A DNA stretch of 64,000 bases from an uncultured Gammaproteobacteria bacterium (GTDB lineage Bacteria > Patescibacteriota > Microgenomatia > UBA12405). Positions within the stretch are counted from its first letter, which is position 1. Every line of letters begins with the position of its first letter. The notes under the pieces were generated by a model. That model made no database searches. It was not told the DNA's origin and was given only the letters and a program-made list of their open reading frames with translations. The position numbers were made by a program, and so were the translations under genes. Where the stretch lies: the NCBI GenBank assembly GCA_964408995.1, contig CAYPBP010000002.1, positions 32,491-96,490 on the forward strand, given 5' to 3'. Below are positions 1 through 10,224 of the stretch, one piece after another.

Positions 1-863
1 TACTGAGTAACAGAAGGGCTGTTGTTGTACTCGACAACCTTGGCTCTAATACCAAAAGATTCAAGAGTTTCTTCAATGGTGTTAGCATTGTGCCTGACAT
101 CACCACGATCGGCTTTGGCTCCAGGGGTATCATCAAAAATAGAAATTGGTGGATATTCCCAAACTTTACTGTCTGATAATGATTGAAGAGGTGATGTTTG
201 AAGTGGTAATTGATTGTTAAGTGGTGACCTGATGACTGGTGGAATATTAACAACATTCGGATCATCTTTTATATTTTTTTCATCTTTATCTTCACGCTTA
301 AATGGAGATAGTTCTGACAAGAATAAGCCAGCTTTTTTAGAAGAGGTTTTTTCTTTGCTTTTATTACCAATAGTATATTTTTTAATAGCTTTAAAAACAG
401 TTACTAGAAACTTAACAATTTGACCAATATTGGTGTCGAAAAGAATAACAAAACCAGCAACACCAGAAAAAAAGAAAATGAAAAAACGAGGTATTTCTCC
501 GACTAAACTATCGATTTGTTCGGTGAAAAAAGCACCAATTGTCCCCTGTTTTAATAAACCTAAAAGAGAAATAAACATAATCAGAAAACCAAAGAAAACA
601 TTTAGTTCTTTTAGAGGAATTTTAATTTTGGCGAATAAAAAAGAAATTAGTAAGAGTAAAAATGGAACAAAAACAGAAATTAAACCAAAATATTCAGTTA
701 GTTTTTGGTTTAAGACAGTTGAAAGTTCGGTTGATTGAAGAAAAGAGAATAAAGAAATTATGGAAAGGATTAAAAAGAAGATAAAAAAGATAGTTTTTAT
801 AGTCTCTGGTTTTAACCTTAGAACTGGAAATAGATGTTTTTTCTTGCGACCTCGTTTAGCCAT
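1..863 (-). CDS. ftsK: DNA translocase FtsK/SpoIIIE, N-terminal part (runs off the window start)
   Basis: Manual translation from ATG at 863 (MAKRGRKKHLFPVLRLKPETIK...): TM segments, then WEYPPISIFDD...ANTIEETLESFGIRAKVVEYNNSPSVTQ, typical of the FtsK alpha-domain start. Confidence 0.85.
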   Translation of the reverse strand, partial: MAKRGRKKKHLFPVLRLKPETIKTIFFIFFLILSIISLFSFLQSTELSTVLNQKLTEYFGLISVFVPFLLLLISFLFAKIKIPLKELNVFFGFLIMFISLLGLLKQGTIGAFFTEQIDSLVGEIPRFFIFFFSGVAGFVILFDTNIGQIVKFLVTVFKAIKKYTIGNKSKEKTSSKKAGLFLSELSPFKREDKDEKNIKDDPNVVNIPPVIRSPLNNQLPLQTSPLQSLSDSKVWEYPPISIFDDTPGAKADRGDVRHNANTIEETLESFGIRAKVVEYNNSPSVTQ

Positions 864-914
864 AATAATAGTATATAGTATTTGATATTAATTTGAAATT
901 TTAATTAAAAACTA

Positions 915-943
915 AAAGACACTCCGCCTGGCGGGGTGTCTTT
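915..943. terminator. Hairpin downstream of proS, likely intrinsic terminator
   Basis: aaagacactccgcc-tg-gcggggtgtcttt inverted repeat with A/T flanks. Confidence 0.6.
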
Positions 944-953
944 GATATTAAAA

Positions 954-2672
954 TTATTTTAATTTGGAAATTAATTTATCAACAGAAACAATTTCACTTG
1001 CTTCTTCGTTTCTATTTTTGAACTCAATTCCACCATTTTCAAGACTTCTTTTACTGATAACTAGCCTAATTGGAACACCAATTAAATCAGCATCAGCAAA
1101 TTTAGCTCCGGCAGTAATTTCAGCTCGATCGTCAAACAAAACATCAATATTTTTATCTAATAAATCCTTATAAATTTTTTCAGCTTGATTTTTTATATCA
1201 TCTTCAAAAAGATCAAGGCCAATTAAATGAACTTGATATGGAGCAATAGATTTTGGCCAGATAATACCTTTGTCATCATGGTAAGTTTCAACAACAGTAG
1301 CCATGGCTCGACCAATACCAATCCCATAAGAACCCATATAGATTTTCTTTAAAGAACCATCTTTGTCGACGAAATTACCATCTAAAGGTTCACTGTAGGT
1401 GTAGCCAATATTGAAAATATTACCAAACTCTACGGCTTTTATAAATCTTAGTTTTGTATTGTTGCATTTTAAACAAATGTCACCATCTTTTGCTTCAGCA
1501 ATATCACCTTCAAAGTCTGGTTGATAATCACGATCAATATTTACATTTAATAAATCAATATTGAGTTTGTTTGATCCACCATAGGCGTTTTTAATTGTTC
1601 TTAAAGAATCATCAGCAACAATAATTAAATTTATTTTTGGTGCTAAATTATTTTTGATGCCAACTGGAGAAATAAAACCTGGAACAGAATGAATTAAAGT
1701 AATGATTTCTTCGTCAGTTGCATGACGTAATTCATTAGATTGAGTAATGTTTTTAAGCTTGGTTTCATTGACCATAAAATCACCACGAATAATAGCTAAA
1801 ATATAACGACCATTTTCATCAACATACATAACATCCTTAATTTGTTGCCAAAGTGGTTTATTATGAAAAGTAACACCATCTTCCATTGTTGTACCGCGAA
1901 CAGCAGCAATTTCTTGAAGCTCATTTTCAACATCATCTAAATTCATTTTTTCTTTAACAAACTGAGCAGTTTCAATATTGGCTGCATAACCACAAGTATC
2001 ACAAACAGCAATTGTGTCTTCGCCGACATCAGTTTCAACCATAAATTCATGAGAAACAGAACCGCCAATAGCACCATTATCAGATTCAACAACAACTACT
2101 TTTAAACCTAAATTTTTAGCAATTTCTTCGTAAGCTTGCCAATATTTTTGGTAAGTTATTTTTAGATCTTCTTCGTTTTCATGAAAAGAATAGGCGTCTT
2201 TCATAACAAATTCGCGAGTTCGTAAAAGTCCACCAGTTGGACGAGCTTCGTCTCGGAATTTTTGAGAAAATTGATAAATATTAATTGGTAAATCTTTATA
2301 GCTAGGAGCGAATTGATTAACTAAATCCATCATGACTACTTCAGCAGTGGCACCAAGAGTAAATTCGGCTTCATTTCGATCTTTTAAGCGCATCATTGAT
2401 GAACCAAATTTTTTATCACGATTAGCTTTTTGCCAAATATCAATTGGATGAAGAGTTGGAACAATTAATTCTTGAGCTCCAGTTTTTTCCACTTCTTTTC
2501 GAATTACATCTTCTATTTTTTTAGAAATTTTGTAACCTAGAGGTAAAAGTGAATATCGACCAGCAGCTAATTGACGAATAAATCCACCTTGAAGTAATAA
2601 TTTATGGCTAACAGCAGTGGCCTGACTAATAACAGTTTTGCTTGTTTTTCCAAATAGTTGTGAATATCGCAT
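954..2672 (-). CDS. proS: Proline--tRNA ligase with editing insertion domain
   Basis: FRDEARPTGGLLRTREFVMKDAYSFH, MGSYGIGIGR, GAKFADADLIGVP motifs. Confidence 0.97.
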   Translation of the reverse strand: MRYSQLFGKTSKTVISQATAVSHKLLLQGGFIRQLAAGRYSLLPLGYKISKKIEDVIRKEVEKTGAQELIVPTLHPIDIWQKANRDKKFGSSMMRLKDRNEAEFTLGATAEVVMMDLVNQFAPSYKDLPINIYQFSQKFRDEARPTGGLLRTREFVMKDAYSFHENEEDLKITYQKYWQAYEEIAKNLGLKVVVVESDNGAIGGSVSHEFMVETDVGEDTIAVCDTCGYAANIETAQFVKEKMNLDDVENELQEIAAVRGTTMEDGVTFHNKPLWQQIKDVMYVDENGRYILAIIRGDFMVNETKLKNITQSNELRHATDEEIITLIHSVPGFISPVGIKNNLAPKINLIIVADDSLRTIKNAYGGSNKLNIDLLNVNIDRDYQPDFEGDIAEAKDGDICLKCNNTKLRFIKAVEFGNIFNIGYTYSEPLDGNFVDKDGSLKKIYMGSYGIGIGRAMATVVETYHDDKGIIWPKSIAPYQVHLIGLDLFEDDIKNQAEKIYKDLLDKNIDVLFDDRAEITAGAKFADADLIGVPIRLVISKRSLENGGIEFKNRNEEASEIVSVDKLISKLK

Positions 2673-2731
2673 GACTTATTATAACTTATAGCTTCAAAAA
2701 AGATTATTTAAAATTTAGTATAATATAAGCT

Positions 2732-2929
2732 ATGGAAGAAAGACAATGTACACGTTGTCCAGTTGATAAAGATAAACTTTGTTTTAAAAAACAGATTGAA
2801 GCTATTGCTAGCGCTGACATACCCGCATCAGTTAAAAATGAAAACATTGGTTTGCTTCGAGAAATATATAGACCAACAAATTGTAGTCATATAAATCATA
2901 ACCCTCCTTTTGACAAAAAAGGATTGTAA
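2732..2929 (+). CDS. Small Cys-containing hypothetical protein (65 aa)
   Basis: ORF divergent from proS; TATAAT 7 nt before ATG; CxxC..C..C pattern. Confidence 0.55.
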   Translation: MEERQCTRCPVDKDKLCFKKQIEAIASADIPASVKNENIGLLREIYRPTNCSHINHNPPFDKKGL

Positions 2930-2977
2930 TTTATACCTCAATTACCAACGGTAAAACCATTGGTTGGCGGCCAGTTT
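2927..2977. repeat. Direct repeat copy 1: orphan duplicate of the rnj 3' end
   Basis: 51 bp matching 3589-3639 with 2 mismatches. Confidence 0.92.
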
Positions 2978-3024
2978 AAATTTTTGATATTGCAGATATG
3001 TAATAAAAATTGCAATAATAGTAT

Positions 3025-3591
3025 GTGCTTTATATTCAAAACCCTAAAAATTTTGCAGATAAATTTAAAACAAAATCATCTAGATTGAATAACTGGGATT
3101 ATTCTAAGCCAGGTTTTTATTTCATTACGATAAAAACATTAAACGATAATAATTTTTTTGGAAAAATTATTAATGAAAAAATTGAATTATCGGCTATTGG
3201 TAAAATTGCCAATCAATATTTAATTGATATTTCTAAACATTTTTCAAATGTAATATTGGATGAATATACTATTATGCCAAATCATTTGCATATTCTATTC
3301 CTTGTAGAGACGCCAGATCTGGCGTCTCTACAAAATAATCAAAAAATCACGTTGCTAAATTATAGCCACAATAACCATCCAGATTTTTATAATCGATTGA
3401 ATCAAAAATCAAAACAATTAATTCCAAAAATTATTCAACAATATAAATCATCAGTAAAACGAATTTGTAATCAGAACAATTTATTTTTTGGTTGGCAAAA
3501 TCGTTACTATGATCAGATTATTAAATCTAAACTAGAATTAAATAATATACGTCAATATATTAAAAATAATCCTGTTAATTGGAAAAAATAA
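3025..3591 (+). mobile_element. REP-associated tyrosine (HUH/Y1) transposase, RAYT-like
   Basis: RLNNWDYSKPGFYFITI, MPNHLH (HUH) and WQNRYYDQII...YIKNNPVNW motifs. Confidence 0.88.
3302..3333. repeat. Perfect 32-bp GTAG-type REP palindrome inside the transposase ORF
   Basis: ttgtagagacgccaga|tctggcgtctctacaa, encoding VETPDLASLQ. Confidence 0.85.
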
Positions 3592-3639
3592 TTTATACCT
3601 CAATTACCAACGGTAAAACCATTGGTTGACGGCCGGTTT
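3589..3639. repeat. Direct repeat copy 2 (functional 3' end of rnj)
   Basis: Matches 2927-2977. Confidence 0.92.
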
Positions 3640-5347
3640 TCTTGTAAATAATTTCTTCAAGATATCCTTGGACTTCTTCCCGAATAAATTCCATATTGGC
3701 TGGAGAACTAGTGGCTTGATTGAATTTATTAGTAATTTCTATTTTTAAAAAGTCCATGAGTTCGGCATTTTCTTTCATAAAGACAAAACCACGACTAAGA
3801 ATAACTGGAGGAGTTGATAATTGACCAGACTCTTTATCTAATAGTAGAACAACTGAAAACATGCCATCTTCGGCCAACAATTTACGATCCCTTAGGACAG
3901 TAGTGCCAACATCCCCGACCCCAAAACCATCAATTAAAACTTTGCGGATGGAAATATGATAATTAGTATCAACTGTACCATTGCTATTAAAAGTAGCTGT
4001 ACCATCATAGTCGGGTAAAATAACTTGGTCTTCATTGTAACCTAATTTTTTAGCCATCAATTGGTAAGATTTTAGATGACGATAATTACCACCAATTGGT
4101 AGTAAATATTTTGGTTTTAAAAGATTAATTAAAAGAGCGTGTTCTTTTTCAAAACCATGACCAGATACATGAAGTTCTAGTTTTTCTCCGTAGACAACAT
4201 CTGCTCCCAATTTTGAAAGAACATCAATCATATTATAGATATTTGAGGTTGTACCAGGAATATAATCTGGGGATGAAAAAATGACTTTGTCTCCAGATTT
4301 AACTTTGATCCTATGTTTACCCATAATCATCTTGCTAAGAGCTGAATCTGGTTGACCAGCGAAACCAGCAACTAAAAATAATAGTTTATTATCAGCAAAA
4401 TTTTTAATTCTTTCGACTGGGACAATATCAGTATCATTTAAGGTTACATAACCTAAGTCCTTGGCAATAGTTATGGCTCTATCAACCGAAAAACCAACGA
4501 TAACTATTTTTCGACCAACACTTTTACCGTATTCAATGGCTTGAGTCCAACGAACTATGTTACTAGAAATTGAAGTTACAAAAACTCGACTTTTGGCAGA
4601 AACTATTTCATTTTTAAAATTTTGAGCAATAGAACTTTCTGATGGTGACCAACCTTCATGATCAGAACCTAAGCTGTCGGACATTAAAGCAATGACTTTG
4701 CCGGTTTGACCAACCCGAGCAATGTGTGAATAATCAGCTCCTTTGCCATCTAGAGGGAAAAGATCGAATTTAAAATCGGAACCATGATAAAAAATTCCCA
4801 TCGGAGTAGTGATGGCAAAATGAAAAGTATCAGGAATAGAATGAGTAACTCGAATAGGGTCTATGTTGAAAACACCTTTATTTATAGATGGAGTTAATTC
4901 ATCATAGACTTGAAGATTAGCCCGAATTTGAACTTCACTAAGTCTGGCTTCAATAAAAGCAGCTGCTAATTTAGGAGCAAAAACTGGAATATTATTACCA
5001 ATAATAGGAAGAATAAAACGGACAGCACCAATATGGTCTTCGTGACCATGAGTGATAAAGATACCTAAGATTCTATCTTTTTTGTCTTGAAGATAATGAG
5101 TGTCAGGAATTTGAAGATCAACACCAAAGGCATCTTCTTCTGGAAAACCAACTCCACAATCGACAATAATAATTTGGCTTTTAGAAAGATCCCCACTGGG
5201 AATATATTCATAGACGAACATGTTTTGAGTAACATCCCCAAAGCCACCAAGGGAACTGATTCGGACTGAATCATTACCAGAGCGATATTCTCGAACTTGA
5301 TTTGGAGCATTAATAATATTTTTATTTGTATTTGTATTTTTAAACAT
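3593..5347 (-). CDS. rnj: Ribonuclease J
   Basis: ITHGHEDHIG, HSIPD, HVSGH metallo-beta-lactamase/beta-CASP motifs; TGRQPMVLP C-terminus. Confidence 0.95.
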   Translation of the reverse strand: MFKNTNTNKNIINAPNQVREYRSGNDSVRISSLGGFGDVTQNMFVYEYIPSGDLSKSQIIIVDCGVGFPEEDAFGVDLQIPDTHYLQDKKDRILGIFITHGHEDHIGAVRFILPIIGNNIPVFAPKLAAAFIEARLSEVQIRANLQVYDELTPSINKGVFNIDPIRVTHSIPDTFHFAITTPMGIFYHGSDFKFDLFPLDGKGADYSHIARVGQTGKVIALMSDSLGSDHEGWSPSESSIAQNFKNEIVSAKSRVFVTSISSNIVRWTQAIEYGKSVGRKIVIVGFSVDRAITIAKDLGYVTLNDTDIVPVERIKNFADNKLLFLVAGFAGQPDSALSKMIMGKHRIKVKSGDKVIFSSPDYIPGTTSNIYNMIDVLSKLGADVVYGEKLELHVSGHGFEKEHALLINLLKPKYLLPIGGNYRHLKSYQLMAKKLGYNEDQVILPDYDGTATFNSNGTVDTNYHISIRKVLIDGFGVGDVGTTVLRDRKLLAEDGMFSVVLLLDKESGQLSTPPVILSRGFVFMKENAELMDFLKIEITNKFNQATSSPANMEFIREEVQGYLEEIIYKKTGRQPMVLPLVIEV

Positions 5348-5413
5348 AATATAGACGGTTATAAATAATAATTATCCAAACTATAACCCACAAAGACGTT
5401 TGGCTTTTAATTC

Positions 5414-5992
5414 TTAATTAATTTTACCTAAATAATCTCCAATTTGAGTGAAGTCATTTTGAAGAGACTTAAGCATTTGACCATTTCGCAAACCAGCTGA
5501 AGGATGGTAGACAGGAATAATAATTAAAGGTATTCCCTGCCATTTTGTTTTTACAACTTTTCCATGAACTTGACTGATAAGCTGATCTTTGAAGAAATAA
5601 TTCATGGCAAAACGGCCAAGTGTAATAATTATTTCTGGTTTTATAATTTCAAGCTGTGCTTTTAAATAAGGCACACAGACTGTTATTTCATCAGGATTAG
5701 GATCACGATTTTCTGGAGGACGGTGTTTTAAAATGTTACAAATGAAAACGTCGGATCTATTCAGATTAATCGAGGCTAAAAGTTTATCTAGTAGTTTACC
5801 TGAATTACCGACAAAAGGCAAACCTTGTAAATCTTCCTTTGCCCCTGGAGCTTCACCAATGATTAAAATTTTGGCACTGGGATTACCAAAACCAGGAACT
5901 GGATTGATGGCAGTTTTGGATAAAGAACATTTTTGGCAATCTTTAATTAGAGAAGCGATATAGTCTAGTTTTTGTTGATTTGTTAATGACAT
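5414..5992 (-). CDS. udg: Uracil-DNA glycosylase, family 4
   Basis: Cxx[23 protein letters not shown]. Confidence 0.92.
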   Translation of the reverse strand: MSLTNQQKLDYIASLIKDCQKCSLSKTAINPVPGFGNPSAKILIIGEAPGAKEDLQGLPFVGNSGKLLDKLLASINLNRSDVFICNILKHRPPENRDPNPDEITVCVPYLKAQLEIIKPEIIITLGRFAMNYFFKDQLISQVHGKVVKTKWQGIPLIIIPVYHPSAGLRNGQMLKSLQNDFTQIGDYLGKIN

Positions 5993-6032
5993 TATTTAAA
6001 TTTCTGAGATATACGTTTTATTTATTTATTTT

Positions 6033-6065
6033 GTATATACGCCCCGTACCACGGGGCGTATATAC
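6033..6065. repeat. REP-like palindrome (15-bp arms)
   Basis: gtatatacgccccgt-acc-acggggcgtatatac; second copy at 52434-52464. Confidence 0.75.
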
Positions 6066-6075
6066 TTTAAAATTT

Positions 6076-7137
6076 TTACCACTGAGGTAGATAAGTTTTT
6101 ATATTAGACTCATCGACAATTATTTGTTTTACTTTACCCTCTAGAATAATTTTAGCGGCTTTACGACACATACCTTCAATATTTCTTTGAAGAGTACGAA
6201 CACCAGCATCAAAACCAAGAGGTCTGACAACTTGGGGCCACATATTATCAGCTATTTTAATATCTTGTGATGTTAAACCTGTGCTTTGTAAAGCTTTTGG
6301 CAAAAGATAATCCCTAGCAATAACTATTTTTTCTTCGTCAGTATAGGAAGGCATTTGGATAACTTCAAGTCTGTCCATAACAGCGGTGGCAATTCTGGCG
6401 GTATTGTTACAGGTAGCACAAAAAATGGCTTGTGAAAGATCGACTGGATAGTCTATGTAATGATCAACAAAATGATTATTTTGTTCTGGATCTAGAAGCT
6501 CAACTAAAACACCCATGATGGTGTTTAAAGCGTCATCAGCTACTCTATCGATTTCATCTAATAAGATAACTGGGTTATTGGTTTTACAATTTACTAAACC
6601 TTTAATTATTTGACCTGGCTCAGAGTTGGGAAGAGTACGAGAATAACCACGAAGATAATTAGGATCACCAAGACCACCAAAAGGAATTCTGATTAGTTCC
6701 CTGCCTAAAACTTGAGCAATAGATTTAGCCATAGTGGTTTTACCGGTTCCCACTAAACCAACAAACAAAAGAACTGGAGCCCGAACTGCTTGATCTGGAT
6801 TTCGAACTCTTTGAAGAGCTAAAACAGAAACATATTCTAAAATTCTTTCTTTGATAGAATCTAGACCATAGTGTTCTTCGTTTAATTTTTCTTTGGCATA
6901 AGTAAGATCTAAAATATCTTTGCTTTGATTAGACCAAGGAATAGTAACAACCCAATCAATATATTTAGAAATGTTTTGATAGTTTTGCCAAAAAGTTTCT
7001 TCGTTTTGAGAATTAATTTCTAATTGAGAAAATAACTCTTGCAATTTTATACTTAAATTATCGGGTAATTTGACAGCAGAGACTTTAGTTACAAGTTTTT
7101 GAATCGCCTCTTTAGTAGTTAAAACATTCGTTTCCAT
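6076..7137 (-). CDS. Lon-like AAA+ ATPase lacking the protease domain
   Basis: HYGLDSIKERILE, GLVGTGKT, LLDEID, LLDPEQNNHFVDHY, DRLEVI; ends right after the AAA+ lid. Confidence 0.85.
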   Translation of the reverse strand: METNVLTTKEAIQKLVTKVSAVKLPDNLSIKLQELFSQLEINSQNEETFWQNYQNISKYIDWVVTIPWSNQSKDILDLTYAKEKLNEEHYGLDSIKERILEYVSVLALQRVRNPDQAVRAPVLLFVGLVGTGKTTMAKSIAQVLGRELIRIPFGGLGDPNYLRGYSRTLPNSEPGQIIKGLVNCKTNNPVILLDEIDRVADDALNTIMGVLVELLDPEQNNHFVDHYIDYPVDLSQAIFCATCNNTARIATAVMDRLEVIQMPSYTDEEKIVIARDYLLPKALQSTGLTSQDIKIADNMWPQVVRPLGFDAGVRTLQRNIEGMCRKAAKIILEGKVKQIIVDESNIKTYLPQW

Positions 7138-7172
7138 ATTAAAAGTATATGCTATTTAAATCCCAATGTCAT

Positions 7173-7661
7173 TTACACAAAATACTCTTTGACTTCGGAA
7201 AAAGTTTTACCAGCAAGAAAGTTGTTAGCAGAAAAACTTTCATTAGTTACATCTTTTCCAAACCAGTCTGGTGCTTTAAAAGAATCCATTTCTTCTTTTG
7301 AAGAAAATTCTACTTCCACAAAAGCAACTCCAGTTAAATCTGCTTTAAAAATATCTAGTTCAGCCATTAAATTATTATCAAGAGGAATATTGTATCTAAT
7401 TTTTTCTAAAGATCTTTCAGTTAGGGGCCAAAGTTTATTAAATTCATGTTCGGTTAAATAAATATTTACTTCTTCAAAAGCAGAATAGTCACCTTCTTTT
7501 ATGGGTGTTTTTTTAGTTAATTCAAATTTGTCACCTTTTTTTCTTATTCTTAGAGGTGGTTGAGATGAAGAGATATAACCTTGTTTAATTTGACAAGATG
7601 AAAAGGCAGATAAATCATCAGGAATTTTTTTGACTAAAAAAGTTTTTTCGATTTCTAACAT
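7173..7661 (-). CDS. CYTH-domain protein
   Basis: EIEKTFLV (ExExK), LRIR, EVEF, PDWFGKDVT. Confidence 0.88.
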   Translation of the reverse strand: MLEIEKTFLVKKIPDDLSAFSSCQIKQGYISSSQPPLRIRKKGDKFELTKKTPIKEGDYSAFEEVNIYLTEHEFNKLWPLTERSLEKIRYNIPLDNNLMAELDIFKADLTGVAFVEVEFSSKEEMDSFKAPDWFGKDVTNESFSANNFLAGKTFSEVKEYFV

Positions 7662-7678
7662 TTACTTATTTTAGCAAC

Positions 7679-7703
7679 AAAAACCCCGACTTGCGTCGGG
7701 GTT
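7679..7703 (-). terminator. Intrinsic terminator after pnp
   Basis: Minus strand AACCCCGAC-GCAA-GTCGGGGTT followed by T-run. Confidence 0.8.
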
Positions 7704-7723
7704 AAAATTTTAAAATTTTATTT

Positions 7724-9928
7724 TTATCTTCGTGGGGGCCTAAAACCGCCATTAGAACGAGGTGGAGTGAAATTTCTAAAACCACCAGTGCGATTGTCTT
7801 GTTGATTATCAAAACCTTCTTCACGAGGTTGACCTGGATGAGCAGCTTTGAATTCTGGAGAAGATAATTTTATTTGATGATTATCATTGAACCCAGCGAT
7901 TTTGACGTTTAATCTGTCACCAACTTTAATAATTGAAGATGGATCGGATAAGAAACCTCCAGTCATTTCAGAGACATGTAATAAAGCTTCTCGGCCTGGT
8001 AAGAATTCAACAAAAGCACCAAATTGTTCGACTCGGGTAACAATACCTTCATAATCTTCACCAATTTGAACTTCTTTAATCATGGATTCGATTTCATAAG
8101 CAGCTTTGTCGATATCTTCCTTGCTTTGGGCAGAAATTGAAGCTTGACCATCATCATCGATATCAATTTGAACTCCATATTTTTGCATTAGGGCTTTGAT
8201 GGTTTTACCACCACTACCAATAACTTCACCGATTTTATCTTCTGGAAGACTAACCATGACAATTTTTGGAGCAAATTCTGACAACTCAGTTCGAGGAGCG
8301 GCTAAAACTGATTCCATTTTTTCTAAAATTTGAAGTCGAGCTTTAGTGCTGGCAGCAAAAGTATCAGTAATCATTTTTAAAGTGATGCCTTCTCTTTTGA
8401 TGTCTAATTGAATAGCAGTAATACCATCTTTGGTTCCAGTGATTTTGAAATCCATGTCACCAAAATGATCTTCGATGCCAGCAATGTCGGTTAATAAAAC
8501 ATAATCTTCATCAGTTTTGGCAACTAAGCCAATAGAAATTCCGGCAACTTTATCTTTAATTGGAACACCAGCGTCCATTAGAGACATGGTGGAACCACAA
8601 GTAGAAGCCATTGAAGAAGAACCATTTTGAGATAAAACTTCAGAAGTTAAAACAATAGTATAAGGAAAATCTTGTTCAGATGGAATAACAGGAAGTAGAG
8701 CTTTTTCTGCAAGAGCACCATGACCAACTTCTCTTCGACCTGGGCGACCAACTCGACCGGTTTGACCAGTAGAAAAAGGAGCAGCAGAATAATAGTGAAT
8801 ATATCTTTTGGTGGTTTCGCCACTAGAATCTTCTAAATATTGTTTATCTGCTAAAGGAGCAAGAGTAGTAACAGTGATAGCTTGAGTTAGACCTCTTTGG
8901 AAGAAAGCAGAACCATGAACGCATGGAAGAACTCCAGCTTCAACACCTAATTCTCTGACTTGGTCCATTTTTCTTTTGTCGTAACGATTACCTTTTAGAG
9001 TGTTTTCGCGGACATATTTTTTGATAATAGAATCAACTGCAGCAATGACATGGTTTTTGGAAACTTCTTCTGATTTAATTTTAGTTTCATAAGTTTCTAA
9101 AACTTGATCAATAATTTTTTCTTGACCAATCATATGAGCTCCATCAACACCAGCTTCTAAAAAGGCTTCAACTTGGGTTTTAATACTAGTTTCAATCTCA
9201 CTAATTAAAGTGGCAGATGGACCGGCTGGCTCATATTTAATTTTGGCTTTGCCACAAACTTTTGACCAGTCAGCAATTTCAATATTAATTTGATCACCAG
9301 TATTTTTGGCTAATTCAATAGCTTTTAGAGCAATATCGTTTTTGACAATATTAGCATCAGCTTCAATCATGTTTACACCAGAAGGGCCGGTGCAAACTAA
9401 TAAATCTAAATTAGAAGTTTCTAATTCTTTTTGACTTGGATTTAGAACTAATTGATCGTTGATTAAAGCAACACGAACAGCCGAAACTGGACCATTGAAA
9501 GGAATATCAGAAATAGCTAGTGCGGCCGAAGCGGCAGTGAAAGCTGGAATAATGACATCATTGGTCTTGTCATTACTTAAAACAGTAACGATGATTTGAA
9601 CTTCATTTAAAAAGTCTGAAGGGAATAAAGGTCTTAGAGATCGGTCGATAATTCGGCCAAAAAGAATGGCTGTATCAGATGGACCACCATCTCGTTTCAT
9701 CCATTTACTACCTTTGACGATACCACCAGCGTAAAGCTTGTCAACAAATTCGATGGATAAAGGAAAATAATCCTTTGATTCATCAGTTTTACCCATAATA
9801 ACGGTGGCTAAAACAGTAGTGTTGCCGTATTGAGCCACGACAGAGGCATTGGTTTGAGGAGCGAGCTTACCAGTAGATAAACTAATTTTTTTATCGCCCA
9901 CTAAAATATCTTTTGTATATGTTTCCAT
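7724..9928 (-). CDS. pnp: Polyribonucleotide nucleotidyltransferase
   Basis: Two RNase PH domains (RREVGHG, SSSMAS, GDMDFK), KH and S1 domains. Confidence 0.97.
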   Translation of the reverse strand: METYTKDILVGDKKISLSTGKLAPQTNASVVAQYGNTTVLATVIMGKTDESKDYFPLSIEFVDKLYAGGIVKGSKWMKRDGGPSDTAILFGRIIDRSLRPLFPSDFLNEVQIIVTVLSNDKTNDVIIPAFTAASAALAISDIPFNGPVSAVRVALINDQLVLNPSQKELETSNLDLLVCTGPSGVNMIEADANIVKNDIALKAIELAKNTGDQINIEIADWSKVCGKAKIKYEPAGPSATLISEIETSIKTQVEAFLEAGVDGAHMIGQEKIIDQVLETYETKIKSEEVSKNHVIAAVDSIIKKYVRENTLKGNRYDKRKMDQVRELGVEAGVLPCVHGSAFFQRGLTQAITVTTLAPLADKQYLEDSSGETTKRYIHYYSAAPFSTGQTGRVGRPGRREVGHGALAEKALLPVIPSEQDFPYTIVLTSEVLSQNGSSSMASTCGSTMSLMDAGVPIKDKVAGISIGLVAKTDEDYVLLTDIAGIEDHFGDMDFKITGTKDGITAIQLDIKREGITLKMITDTFAASTKARLQILEKMESVLAAPRTELSEFAPKIVMVSLPEDKIGEVIGSGGKTIKALMQKYGVQIDIDDDGQASISAQSKEDIDKAAYEIESMIKEVQIGEDYEGIVTRVEQFGAFVEFLPGREALLHVSEMTGGFLSDPSSIIKVGDRLNVKIAGFNDNHQIKLSSPEFKAAHPGQPREEGFDNQQDNRTGGFRNFTPPRSNGGFRPPRR

Positions 9929-9954
9929 GATTAATTATAACTATAAACTAGCAA

Positions 9955-10224
9955 TTATTTTTTAAGACCGAGAGATTTGATAATTTCGGTGTATCTTTCA
10001 GGACTATGTGCTGAAATATAACGAAGTAAACGTCGTCTTTTAGAGATTTTGCTTAAAATTCCGCGTTTAGCTGGAGAATCGTGTTTGTTTTCAGTCAAAT
10101 GAGATTGAAGTTTTTCGACTTCCTTGGTTAAGATTGCGATTTGGACTTCTGGAGAACCAGTGTCGCCCTTATCTTGAGCATACTTATCAATAATTACTTT
10201 CTTTTCTTCTTTGGTTAATGCCAT
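9955..10224 (-). CDS. rpsO: 30S ribosomal protein S15
   Basis: DTGSPEVQIAIL...HD...RG...RRRLLRY; lies upstream of pnp. Confidence 0.97.
   Translation of the reverse strand: MALTKEEKKVIIDKYAQDKGDTGSPEVQIAILTKEVEKLQSHLTENKHDSPAKRGILSKISKRRRLLRYISAHSPERYTEIIKSLGLKK

Noticed and set aside
214-738. Plus-strand ORFs 214-423 and 430-738
   Set aside because: Antisense shadows of ftsK, which the ORF track missed because it runs off the window
2893-2925. Possible eleventh mini-element (aaccctccttttgacaaaaaagga) at the end of the 65-aa ORF
   Set aside because: Same orientation and TTGACA loop, but too degenerate to count
2927-3639. rnj 3'-end duplication as a DGR template/variable repeat pair
   Set aside because: Only two mismatches, not polarised to adenines in one copy, both synonymous; no reverse transcriptase in the window
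5348-5413. Weak hairpin (ggttata/tataacc) upstream of rnj
   Set aside because: Short AT-rich stem, plausible by chance
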